63,568 bases of DNA, filler included, from Octopus bimaculoides (GCF_001194135.2; 11 parts of 9 records of this genome joined end to end with filler, not necessarily neighbours in it), one strand, 5' to 3'. Counted from the first letter of the whole stretch, positions 37,375-49,540 are shown. The notes: generated by a model not told the origin, from the letters alone. Translations and numbers: made by a program.

Positions 37375-37640
37375 NNNNNNNNNNNNNNNNNNNNNNNNNN
37401 NNNNNNNNNNNNNNNNNNNNNNNNNNNNNNNNNNNNNNNNNNNNNNNNNNNNNNNNNNNNNNNNNNNNNNNNNNNNNNNNNNNNNNNNNNNNNNNNNNNN
37501 NNNNNNNNNNNNNNNNNNNNNNNNNNNNNNNNNNNNNNNNNNNNNNNNNNNNNNNNNNNNNNNNNNNNNNNNNNNNNNNNNNNNNNNNNNNNNNNNNNNN
37601 NNNNNNNNNNNNNNNNNNNNNNNNNNNNNNNNNATATATA

Positions 37641-37850
37641 TTAAAAAAGCAGCAGGAATATAACAAAAGACTGTTACTCGGAGTTTCACGTTCCCGTTCA
37701 TCGGACAGTTTTGTTCGATGAACGGGAACGTGAAACTCCGAGTAACAGTCTTTTGTTATATTTCTGCTTCTTTTAAATAAAGCATATTACTCTACTTCTG
37801 GTATTTGAGTACTCTTTTTTCCACCTTGCACATTTATGTGCCTACTCCGG
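37641..37850 (-). mobile_element. Hairpin element with back-to-back hammerhead motifs (copy B)
   Basis: Reverse complement of 14024-14253 at roughly 90% identity by eye, with the same loop junction apart from a 4-nt deletion. Flanked by (TA)n. Confidence 0.85.
37668..37712 (-). ncRNA. Minimal type I hammerhead ribozyme motif, best-preserved copy
   Basis: Minus strand aaaactgt-CCGATGA-acg(ggaa)cgt-GAA-actccgagt-A|acagtc. Stem I is ACTGT/ACAGT, stem II is 3 bp with a GNRA loop, and stem III is the quasi-palindrome ACTC-C-GAGT. Predicted cut between 37675 and 37674. Confidence 0.75.
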
Positions 37851-37883
<33 letters not shown>

Positions 37884-37884
37884 G

Positions 37885-38200
37885 TATGTAAGGATTCACT
37901 TTTCGTAATGAGATAAAAAAACCAAAGCTGTGTATTATATAGAACATTTATAAATATAAGGTCTTTCAGCTGTTTCCAGGATATTGTATCTCTTCATCGG
38001 AGACGGTGTGAGAGGATGGTTAAGCAATAGTTAGTTTACATAAGATAGGAAATAGAGAGTGAATGTAGGGATATTGTATTTGTTAATCCATTGTTTAGGC
38101 AGATATAACTATATAACTATACGTACTTAAAAATCACTGTACGTCTGTAAGCGATACTGTCTTGGGGCGAAAACCGCTGTAGATTAGGCTTCCAATGAGA
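37885..38200 (-). mobile_element. Second PLE-type terminal fragment with hammerhead-like motif (37961-38004)
   Basis: Minus strand gtct-CCGATGA-aga-gata(caa)tatc-ctg-GAA-ACAGCTGA-A-agac. Stem I is GTCT/AGAC. Stem III is one substitution from the palindrome ACAGCTGT, so U16.1 is lost. Abuts (TA)n. Confidence 0.6.
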
Positions 38201-38287
38201 TATTTGCTTTAAGTATGAAACACAAATTGCTATTTTAAGCTAATACTACTTCTGAAGAAATAAGGAATATACATACGTGCATTTGTA

Positions 38288-38289
38288 AC

Positions 38290-38356
<67 letters not shown>

Positions 38357-38360
38357 GTAG
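38288..38360. repeat. (AGT)n microsatellite
   Basis: Read directly from the sequence. Confidence 0.95.
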
Positions 38361-38724
38361 AACACAGACAGATAGATAAATAGCTAAATAGCTAAATAGA
38401 CAAATAGACAGACAGGCAGACAGACAGACAGACAGACAGATAGATATATTTATGTGTGTGTATGCAGTTTCATGTGACTCTATTTAATACTAACTTGTCC
38501 AAGATTTACGCCCAACAGCTGACGTAGCGTTTTCTGTACTAATATATGACCAAATGGTTTTTATCGGATAATCATTCACAGCCCAAATCTGTTTTGACAC
38601 ACGTCAACTACGAAGAGAAAATTTCCTCGAGACTATTTCTGTAGCGAATGACTATATCACGTTCGAGCGTACTTGATCGTGGTAAATATGACCATGCATG
38701 AATATGAATATGTATGTATGTATG

Positions 38725-39010
38725 TATAGATAGATAGATATGTTTCTTTATTAGCCACACAGGGCTCAAATAGAGGGGACAAAATACAAATGTAGAGTTT
38801 TTCTTTTCGAGGGGGGCGAAAACAAAGCAGAAAAAAAAAACAAAAGTGGGGACAACGATGAAAAAATTACATCGCAAAACGTTTGGGGTATTTACACAAA
38901 ATACGAAATAATACAAAAAAAAATCCCAATAAATGGGGAGTTTATCCGTGGAAAGAAAAACCTACGAAAAGACTACGGTAACCTCGGTCCCTAGTATCAC
39001 AGTCTGTTAA
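38725..39010 (-). mobile_element. Retroelement 3' UTR with AATAAA and (TATC)n tail; related end at 61805-61850
   Basis: Both sites read (GATA)n-T..TT.TTTATT..AGCCACACA.GGCT on the + strand. No ORF recognised. Confidence 0.45.
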
Positions 39011-39077
39011 ATAAAATTCCTTTTATTTATGCAAGAAACGTAAGTAAATCTCTGTTTACAAAATTTTAAAACGTAGT

Positions 39078-39079
<2 letters not shown>

Positions 39080-39140
<61 letters not shown>

Positions 39141-39166
39141 GATAAATAGATAGATAGATAGATAGA
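39080..39166. repeat. (AGAT)n microsatellite
   Basis: Read directly from the sequence. Confidence 0.95.
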
Positions 39167-41071
39167 TGTAGAAGAAAATTAATTGTGACTAAAGGATTTA
39201 TGAAACTAAATTCTTAACCATCTGACCCTACTACATTCACTCTGTCTATCTCTTTCTCTCTCTTTCATGTCTCTTTCTGTCTCTTTCTCTCTATCTCCTT
39301 TTCTTCTATCTCTTTCTTTGTCTGACTGTCTGTGTCTCTGTACACACATACATATACACACACACACACACACATATGTATGTGTGTGTGTGTTCATTAC
39401 GATTCGCGGTAAATATACACACACATATAACTATTAGTATATATTTTATATTACATATCGTGTAGGTAATTAGGGTAAATGAAACACATGTAATGATGAA
39501 TAAATAATACCAAAAAGGTTCCAATTTCCTGTTTGGTTCTATCACATATTGTATAAAAATTTATATATACAAACAATCGTTCATTAATATAAGATTATTA
39601 TATATATCATGTTTCTGTAACTAATATTTGTCTCAGTAAGAAGATCACCGAAAACATTTGACTTGGGCAATGTTGTTTGAGATATTAGAAATTGTTATTT
39701 TTTGGTAAATGTTCATAATCGGTATTCATTAAGGAACATTAGATAAATAGCTTTGACCATTATTGCTTCTTTGTTCCTGGAATACACCATTTTCTCTTTC
39801 TTGACTTGAAACTATAAAAGCGAAATCTATCTCTTCGCCGAATTCAACATTTGAAGAACGAGAGATTCCAAGTGGTGTTTTGTTTGTTAGTTGATGGAAT
39901 AATCGAGGCTTCGTAGCAGAATCTTGTTTCATGTTGTGTATAGCAGGATCGGGTTTTCAAAATGTATATGAATTACAAATATGCGCAATGTCTTTGAATT
40001 GTTACGAATCTGTCTTGGATATTTTATTTTGAAAATGTTCCTTCTATCATCCATAACATTTCTGTATTATTTTATTTTCTTTCATTTGTTTTCAATCTCA
40101 CCTTCTCTCTTTCTCTCTGTCTCTGTCTCTTTCTGTCTATCCCTCCCTCTTTCCCCCCCCTCTCTCTCTCTCTGACTGTCTCCCCCCCCACACTTATCTC
40201 TTACTGCTTTCACTTCGAGATTTCCAAACCTATCATATATTATTTACCGAATCTGTCAAAGATGCTAGTTCAAGAAGCTTAGTCGCAATTAAATCTTACA
40301 AATCGACATAGAAAAATGGTTGTTCTGATTCCTGTAGAACAATCTCTGTTGTGTTTTCGCATCAATAAAACACCACAGTTAAATTATTTTTCTTCTGTAC
40401 TGAAGCAATAGCCAATTTAACATCATCAGATTTTTCAGTGCCATTGACAAAGTTTATTGTGTTGCGAACAATCGTATGAGATTCCATGTGTGACAAAGGT
40501 CTGAAGCTCCCAAGATCATCTAGTTTTTTATTGGTTTCAACTACAGTTTCTCTAGCTTAGTGTCACTTTTCATTATTTTTTTTCAATCTACGGAGAGATA
40601 GTAAAATTAGCCTTGTTTATACATCTAGCGCATAGTTTATTTATTATATTACACCTTGTTACTGTGTGGACTGAGATCCCAGTTGACAGGGCCTTACTAT
40701 TAAAAAACAAAAGTGTTAACACTCTCGGTGTGCAAGTTGGTAGCTCCAGTTCCCTGTAGCTGCTGGGATTGTTGAGTGTATAAACAGATTGGCTGCCCGT
40801 TTCTCCGGAATTAGTCAAATTGACGTTGACAGTTATGATGAGAAGCCATTCAGGTTCGAAAATCGAATAAGGTTGTTCATCATATTTTCAATCTAAGGAG
40901 AAATAGATAAATGATCACTGTTTATATATCTACTACATAGATTGCTTTTTTCTGCTGCCTACACAAACCACACATTCTTCTTCTTTCCTTTGACACAAAT
41001 ATGCCATTATCTATTTCCTTTTGTCCTTGTTTTCCCCTTATTAAAATTCAATGTTTCTTTTCTCTGATCAG

Positions 41072-41095
41072 TGTTTGCGCTTGGTATTGCTGAAT
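41072..41095 (+). CDS. Candidate 24-nt micro-exon (xFALGIAE or CLRLVLLN)
   Basis: Acceptor TGTTTCTTTTCTCTGATCAG, donor GTAAGA, length a multiple of 3. Confidence 0.3.
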
Positions 41096-41909
41096 GTAAG
41101 AACATCGTTATGTCCCAAATTGCAGACTATTTCCAGAGTCTCTCGTTAGGGTAGTGATAGTAGGAAGGGGAGATGTACAGATTTTATGAGAATGTTATTT
41201 GTGTACGGGAAGTTAATGATAAAAGTGAACTGTGACAGTGAATGGTGGTTAATAAAGGAGGCATCATCTACTTCGCAATAAGGGTTGTTGAAGCTGCGGT
41301 GTTTTACTGCTGACCAGATGACAGAAATACAGAGGACTACCGTTCTAGATGTTAACCCTTTTGACTGCGGAAGGAAGATATATCCACTCAAAAATTCCCC
41401 TTACCGTTAACTTCAGAATGTAGGCTTATGAATCAATTTGACTTTTGTTGAGAAATGTCATGTTTGAAATCATTTTCGGCTGAGATATGTCAAGTTTATT
41501 GAGGTAACGTGACTTACAGAAAATACCAATTCTATTTTTGGTATTTAACCTCATGAATGGAATAACCATGGAATTTAATTTCGCAGTGGAAATCTCGACA
41601 GAACCCTTTTGCTTGCGCCAACGACTGAGAAATTATATTGTGTTAATACAATAATAAAAATGAAAGTAACAAGAGAAGTAAATGCTTCCGTTTTGAAAAG
41701 GTAAACTAGTTGGTGCTTTGTTGTGCAGTCGGTAACAGTATATCACTTAGTAATCATTAGGAGTGTTGTTCGAAACACGTCGGAGGACGTGGTTTATATT
41801 TTAACTTTTGTTCTTGTCAAATTGTTAATATATGATATCTAATATCATTGATGTATTTTTTCATTAATACTAACCCTTAATTTCAATTGTGTTCCCTCTG
41901 GATTCCTAG

Positions 41910-41941
41910 TCTATTACTATCACAATGAACGAGATAATTGT
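41910..41941 (+). CDS. Candidate 32-nt exon (xYYYHNERDNC or SITITMNEII)
   Basis: Acceptor GTTCCCTCTGGATTCCTAG and donor GTATGT. Confidence 0.25.
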
Positions 41942-42610
41942 GTATGTCTGAAAGTACAAATTGCTTCATTTCAACTGAAAAACAATCAACCAAAAATAGT
42001 GTGTACATTTTTGCCAGCTGACGGTAACTCAACATTAGATATTTGAAATTATATAAGAACCCACAATGTTGCCATTATTCTTCATAATATGAGCAATATT
42101 TATAGCTTTTGTAGTCTAAAATGTCATCCAATATTTTACTCACTTGGTCATTTTGTAACAGCAAAACACCAAATGAAGCATAATAATTAACTAGGTGTCT
42201 GGAACTTGTGTTCCGTATTATATTCCGTATGTCCAGCCATGCGGTTATCAAAGAGTGTCATGAAAGACTTCATCTACTTACCGTAGGCCAGAGAATAATA
42301 TTTCCAGTTCTGCAGATAATATTTTAATCGTACTAAGTTCTTCGTTAATATATAAAAATATAAATCAATTTGTGTCCTATCAACTTTTCAACAATGCAGC
42401 ACCTTTTGCGAAACATTACATTCTTTTCAAATTACTGTCACACATAGACTTTTCTTTCTACGCTCAAACATATTTAAAATGTCCATCTTAACAAATTTTC
42501 GTCTAGCTTGGTTCAGCTATATTAAAACGCTACATCATCCATCTTATTTATTTACCGTTTCTATTACTCACTTATTTCCAAACTCAGTCGCATCTATCAC
42601 CACTCGTTTA

Positions 42611-42662
<52 letters not shown>

Positions 42663-43685
42663 NNNNNNNNNNNNNNNNNNNNNNNNNNNNNNNNNNNNNN
42701 NNNNNNNNNNNNNNNNNNNNNNNNNNNNNNNNNNNNNNNNNNNNNNNNNNNNNNNNNNNNNNNNNNNNNNNNNNNNNNNNNNNNNNNNNNNNNNNNNNNN
42801 NNNNNNNNNNNNNNNNNNNNNNNNNNNNNNNNNNNNNNNNNNNNNNNNNNNNNNNNNNNNNNNNNNNNNNNNNNNNNNNNNNNNNNNNNNNNNNNNNNNN
42901 NNNNNNNNNNNNNNNNNNNNNNNNNNNNNNNNNNNNNNNNNNNNNNNNNNNNNNNNNNNNNNNNNNNNNNNNNNNNNNNNNNNNNNNNNNNNNNNNNNNN
43001 NNNNNNNNNNNNNNNNNNNNNNNNNNNNNNNNNNNNNNNNNNNNNNNNNNNNNNNNNNNNNNNNNNNNNNNNNNNNNNNNNNNNNNNNNNNNNNNNNNNN
43101 NNNNNNNNNNNNNNNNNNNNNNNNNNNNNNNNNNNNNNNNNNNNNNNNNNNNNNNNNNNNNNNNNNNNNNNNNNNNNNNNNNNNNNNNNNNNNNNNNNNN
43201 NNNNNNNNNNNNNNNNNNNNNNNNNNNNNNNNNNNNNNNNNNNNNNNNNNNNNNNNNNNNNNNNNNNNNNNNNNNNNNNNNNNNNNNNNNNNNNNNNNNN
43301 NNNNNNNNNNNNNNNNNNNNNNNNNNNNNNNNNNNNNNNNNNNNNNNNNNNNNNNNNNNNNNNNNNNNNNNNNNNNNNNNNNNNNNNNNNNNNNNNNNNN
43401 NNNNNNNNNNNNNNNNNNNNNNNNNNNNNNNNNNNNNNNNNNNNNNNNNNNNNNNNNNNNNNNNNNNNNNNNNNNNNNNNNNNNNNNNNNNNNNNNNNNN
43501 NNNNNNNNNNNNNNNNNNNNNNNNNNNNNNNNNNNNNNNNNNNNNNNNNNNNNNNNNNNNNNNNNNNNNNNNNGAAGGATACAGAAGAGAACACATAAAT
43601 CTTGTGGAGAAACTGAAATCAGAAAAACATAAAGAAAATAAAAGATGACAGCGTGTAAGACAGATGTTATGATAGAAAGGAGGGG

Positions 43686-43755
<70 letters not shown>

Positions 43756-43896
43756 TTGGGTGAGTGAGTATGGAGGATAGAGAGAAAGTAAAGAGAGAGT
43801 GAGAGGAAGGACGAAAGAAAGAAAGAAAGAAAGAAAGAGAAAACCATATTCTTGTTACGCTGATGAAATATCTGTTTCCGTTATTAAAGCGGGCGG

Positions 43897-44520
43897 GCGG
43901 CGAGGTGGCAGCATCGGTTGGACACCGGAACATAAAATTGCTTAGCGTTCGTTTAGTCTATCTTTAAGTTCAGAGTTCAAATTCCGGCGAGGTCGACTTT
44001 TGTCATTCGTCCTCTCGGGGATCAATGAAATAAGTATCAGTTGAGCTCTGAAGTCGAGGTCATCCACCAGTGTCCTTCACCAAAACTCCAGGCCTTGTGC
44101 TATAGTAGATAGGTTATTAAAACGGACAACACTCAGAAGAAAAGATTATGCAGATGGCCAAATGGGTTCAAATCTCGCCGTGGTGAGCTTGACTTTTAAT
44201 TCCTCCGAGGCCGATAAAAATAAAGCATACTCGTGTAGTGAAGTCGATAGCATCGACTACTGCACCTTCCCTCAAAATTGCTGGTTTTCCGCCTGAATTA
44301 GAAACAATTCAAAGGCGATGCAGTGGCAGAGTCGGAAAAATGATTTGCGTTATTTCTTTCGAGTTTTTACGATTTGGGTTCAAATCCCACCGTGGTCAAC
44401 CTAGACTCTCGTGTCTCTGGAGTTGATAAAATAAATTCCAGCTTAAGGCTGGGTCGCTTTGATTGACTAACCCTCTCCCGTCAAAAATGTTGGCTTAATG
44501 CCTAAATCAGATAACATTAT
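43897..44520 (+). mobile_element. Three head-to-tail decayed family B SINE copies (43897-44120, 44165-44310, 44320-44520)
   Basis: Each repeats TTCAAAT..C.CCG.GGT..AC...GATAAAATAA...GTCGA/GTCGC and ends in an A/T-rich tail. Confidence 0.75.
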
Positions 44521-44521
44521 T

Positions 44522-44563
<42 letters not shown>

Positions 44564-46801
44564 GTGTGTGTGTGTGTGTGTATGTGTGTGTGTGTGTGTG
44601 TATGTATGAGTATGCTTGTTTATGTTTGTATACAACGAGTTTCATCCTGTTTCCGTCTATCAAACCCACTCGCAAGGCCTCATGACCAAATGGTTGGCAA
44701 ACAAACTTCTCAGCCATACAGCCATGGTTCTAGTGCTCCGACTTATTGCGTTGGTCACATAGCCATGGTTAAGAACATCTGCGAACTTAAACTAGTTGAA
44801 ATGGGAAATAAATCCTTTCATTTACATTGGCCATAAAGATTGAGAAACGAATCATTTAACGACTAAACTTTTATAAATGATCTCAGTTCATATCGACTCG
44901 GCCATCTGAAGTTGTATAAAATATGTGACAATTCTTGATATAACAATATTTATATCAAATTCGACGTATCTGATAAAATCAAATTTCTCGTCAAAACATA
45001 TTAAAAGAGAATAAAAAACACAATTGGTCACAAAAGAAAACAAAATAAACACAAAATATAATAAAAATCAAATCCATCAACAATATAAACAAACACAAAC
45101 ATGAAACATAAAAACACAAACATGAAACTAGCGACTAAAAAAATAATCGAAACAACGTTAGTAAGAAAAGAAAATATTAAAAAGACTAGCCTGGTCTTGC
45201 TTTTTGTAGTTTGGTCACTGGTTTCCGTTGTGATCGATCCAGTAAAGTTTAAACTTCAGATGTTATACGCATTGGGTGTCGTGTTTACTAACCATTTTAT
45301 CTATAGGATGTACGAGTTCCTATTGAATATCAATAACTTTTGTTTGAGGTGACAGCGTGTCTTCTTTGTTTTCTTGATCTTCTCTGTGTATTTGTGTGTG
45401 TGTGTATGTGTGCGTGCGTGCATGTTGTGAGTGCTAGGAACTGATATATGTTCCTTTTATTGAGTACTAAGAATAATTGGACGACGTAGTGCAACCGCCA
45501 CCTCCACCATCACCACCAAAACAAACTGTAGAATTTCAACTTGTAGCTCTTCTATCCCAGAAATCCCATAAATAATGTGGAGAACAGGCTAAACCACAAC
45601 TCAAAAAGTCATCCAGTTTAAGCTGCTACCAACAAATGCAACAATTGCTGCTCACACCTCTTGCCAACAATCAGAATTTAAAATTAGATGACTTTTACTA
45701 ACCCAAAATTCGGACATTCCTTAAGGAATGACCTGATACATATCAGTCCACTAATTTGTCTTAAAAAAATTCGAACAACTTACACTCCCACGTTACGACT
45801 ACCTCAGGTTACGGTATTTCGTGCTTCGAGAAAATGGTAAAGAATAACAATTAATTTCAGGATACGGTCTGTAATTTCGTTCTTACAAAATTTCGTATCG
45901 CGTAGTTTTAATTTGTTAATTTAAAACTAGGCTTTCTTAGTTCAATGGTTAATTGCATTTCCGTGAATATCAAAGTATGTAGATAAAGATTTGAAAAACT
46001 ATCATCACGTTACACGTATGTATATATAATATACAGAATGTGAGTATACATACATACGTATATATATATATATATNNNNNNNNNNNNNNNNNNNNNNNNN
46101 NNNNNNNNNNNNNNNNNNNNNNNNNNNNNNNNNNNNNNNNNNNNNNNNNNNNNNNNNNNNNNNNNNNNNNNNNNNNNNNNNNNNNNNNNNNNNNNNNNNN
46201 NNNNNNNNNNNNNNNNNNNNNNNNNNNNNNNNNNNNNNNNNNNNNNNNNNNNNNNNNNNNNNNNNNNNNNNNNNNNNNNNNNNNNNNNNNNNNNNNNNNN
46301 NNNNNNNNNNNNNNNNNNNNNNNNNNNNNNNNNNNNNNNNNNNNNNNNNNNNNNNNNNNNNNNNNNNNNNNNNNNNNNNNNNNNNNNNNNNNNNNNNNNN
46401 NNNNNNNNNNNNNNNNNNNNNNNNNNNNNNNNNNNNNNNNNNNNNNNNNNNNNNNNNNNNNNNNNNNNNNNNNNNNNNNNNNNNNNNNNNNNNNNNNNNN
46501 NNNNNNNNNNNNNNNNNNNNNNNNNNNNNNNNNNNNNNNNNNNNNNNNNNNNNNNNNNNNNNNNNNNNNNNNNNNNNNNNNNNNNNNNNNNNNNNNNNNN
46601 NNNNNNNNNNNNNNNNNNNNNNNNNNNNNNNNNNNNNNNNNNNNNNNNNNNNNNNNNNNNNNNNNNNNNNNNNNNNNNNNNNNNNNNNNNNNNNNNNNNN
46701 NNNNNNNNNNNNNNNNNNNNNNNNNNNNNNNNNNNNNNNNNNNNNNNNNNNNNNNNNNNNNNNNNNNNNNNNNNNNNNNNNNNNATATATATATATATAT
46801 A

Positions 46802-47980
46802 CAGGGCTGGAAAAAAGTGGAAACACCTAAAGATTGAATTGTTTCCAATGGAATTTTTGTCCATTCTTCAGCTAAAACAGTCTCCAGCTTTTGTAGTGAT
46901 GTTAGTGGAAAATATCGACTCCTTACTTCTTTTTCTAAAATGCACCATAAATGTTCAATAATATTGAGACCTGTGGACTGTGGTGGTCAGATAAGATGTT
47001 CAACTTCACTAGAAAGTTCCTCGTGCTATTCAGAAACAACTTTAGCTCTGTGAATTGGTGCATTATCCTCATGAAAGATTGCGTTTCTCTCTGGAAACAG
47101 TTCCGCAACAATAGGATGAATTTGATCAGATAAAATGCTTAGTCTTGACTATTAATTCTGCCATGAAGGGAAACCATTGAGCCGGCGGATTTCCAGGATA
47201 TAGTGCCCCAGATCATCACAGATCCACCTCCATATTTAACAGTTGGAAGAAGGCAGTCTGGGTCAAATGCTTATTTTGGCTGTCTCCATACGTATACACA
47301 GCCAGTGGTCGGAAATAAGGTAAAGGATGACTCGTCCGAGAAAATAACACTCTACCACCGCTCTAGGGATCACGTCTGTAGGTTTTTACTCCACTCTAAA
47401 TGCTTTGCAATGTTTGTTCTTGAAAGTAGTGCTTTTCTGATTGCAGCTCTCCTGTAAAATACGGCTTTGTGCAGCTCCCGGCGAACAGTTTTTGAGGAAA
47501 CTGGGTTCTCGAGTTGGTCATTAAGTTCTATAGGAATTTTGGGAGCTGTACTTTTGTGATCCTTTCTAACAATTCGCGTAAGAGTCCAACGGTACCTATC
47601 TGAAAGTTTTGGTTTTCTTCCGGTGTTTTGTTTCGACGAGAAGGTTTTTCCCTCTTTTTCAAAGGCTGTCATTACTTTTGAGACAGTACTTCTTGATACA
47701 CCAAACATTTCGGCTGTTTTCGTTACGCTAACGCCTGCCACACGAGCACCAACAATTTCACCTCTTTGAAAGTCTGATAGATCTGTCATTTTAATGAATT
47801 TTAATTACCTTTTGTCTGATGATATCTGAAAAGAAACAGCAATTTTAGCAAAACATATTAAGCAACACTAATAATAAATCAAAACGACATAAAAATAAAC
47901 TCGCTTTTGACGGTTTTATAGATATTTAAAAATTATGATTCTATGATGCTAGATGTTTCCATTATTTTGTCCAACGCCTG
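46802..47980 (-). mobile_element. Tc1-family DNA transposon, 1179 bp, with TA target duplication; transposase pseudogene
   Basis: Ends TA|CAGGGCTGGAAAAAAGTGGAAACACCT and AGATGTTTCCATTATTTTGTCCAACGCCTG|TA. ORF 47789-47370 (MTDLSDFQRGEIVGAR...GRKPKLSDR...VSSKTVRRELHK...AAIRKALL) is the Tc1 HTH region. Confidence 0.93.
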
Positions 47981-48040
<60 letters not shown>

Positions 48041-48269
48041 CATATAAAATAGCTAGCTAGCTAGAAGATAGATAGATAGATAAATATGAGATCCAGATAT
48101 TCTCCGTATAGAATACAGTCAATAGTGCTAAAAAAATTCAAACTTGAGCGGCTTTAGAATCAAATGTAGGGATAAGCAAATTAGAGAGATCAATATATAA
48201 AGTATATTAAATACATGAAATACAAAATATGTATGTATATATGTATGTATATATGTATGTATATATAAA

Positions 48270-48420
48270 AAGGCCCAACTTACACAGAGTACAAATGATA
48301 TAGAAAATTAAACGGGTGGAAAAAAGTTATTACAAATCCAACAGCTGTTTCTGAGAGCTCGGTGATCCATAATATTTATAGATTAATTCCATCAGAGAAG
48401 GCAGCCTTTTGGATGCATTT
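48270..48420 (-). mobile_element. PLE-type terminal fragment with degenerate hammerhead skeleton
   Basis: Minus strand ttct-CTGATGG...(37 nt)...GAA-ACAGCTGT-T|ggat has a perfect palindromic stem III like the 37961 element. A9 and stem II are degenerate. Adjacent to TA-rich repeats. Confidence 0.4.
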
Positions 48421-49290
48421 AGCATAGGATGAGACGAGCCTTCATCATCAAGGAAGAAATCTTACACTTGAGATCTTAAATCAGAGAAGTTGAAAGACTG
48501 GATCTTTTTATATTCATACATATAACATTGGAAGCAGAAGCAGCTGTTAGATGGGATACAGTCTATTTGTAATGAATTAAAAAATAAGAATTGATGTAAG
48601 TCAATTGTCGCTCGTCAATATTTCTCCATTTTCTGTTTACTTTAAATTTGATTCAGGATAAACTCATGTTTATCTTTGTCATTATCTGTAATCTATGAAC
48701 ATAATATGCTTGCATATGTATGGCCAGGGCTAACATAGGTAATTATACTGGGAGTATAACGGATACTTTTATCCCTTAGACAGTTATTCCAGCCTCTAAC
48801 TCTACTAACCTATGTATACATATATGCATATTTTGTATTTCATGTGTTTAATACAATTTTTATATTGATCTTCCTAATTTGATTATTCACATATTTGCTT
48901 GTGTGTGTTCGTAACTATGTATGCATGCACGTATGCATGTGTGTATGTGTGTTTCTATCAAGAACCCGAACACGACCACCAACACCAATAGTAATATACA
49001 GCACGAAGTGGATAAGCAAATTTATTTCGAATAAAAACAAATAATGTCGTATCCTTGTGTATTTTGGAAGCTGAATGGAATATCTTTGATCTTAGGTCTA
49101 TGAAGATTGACTTCAGACTAAACAGCCACAACAATACAATTAGCAAAAACAAGATGGCCACTACACCACCAACAATACTCGCCCACCATCACAAATATCT
49201 AAATCAATGCAACCTACATCATCACCACTATCAACCCACCAATTTTTGAATCCAACTGGCCACAGCATATTTCAGTATGTACGCCAACAC

Positions 49291-49374
49291 ATGAGTGTGT
49301 GTTAGTGTGTGTGCATGAGTGTGTGTTAGTGTGTGTGCATGAGTGTGTGTTAGTGTGTGTGCATGAGTGTGTGT
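49291..49374. repeat. 24-bp minisatellite, ~3.5 copies (ATGAGTGTGTGTTAGTGTGTGTGC)
   Basis: Exact tandem units. Confidence 0.9.
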
Positions 49375-49540
49375 ATGTTTCTGTGAGTGTGTGTGCTTTT
49401 CTTTATGTCTTTAGTCAGATATGCAAGGGGCGACGAATTGCCTATAAAATCTAGTGACCCTTCAGCTAACAGTAATCGTATAATATTTTCTCATCCCCAG
49501 TCCTTAACCTTTTCATCTCATTTTCATTATCTACATCCAT

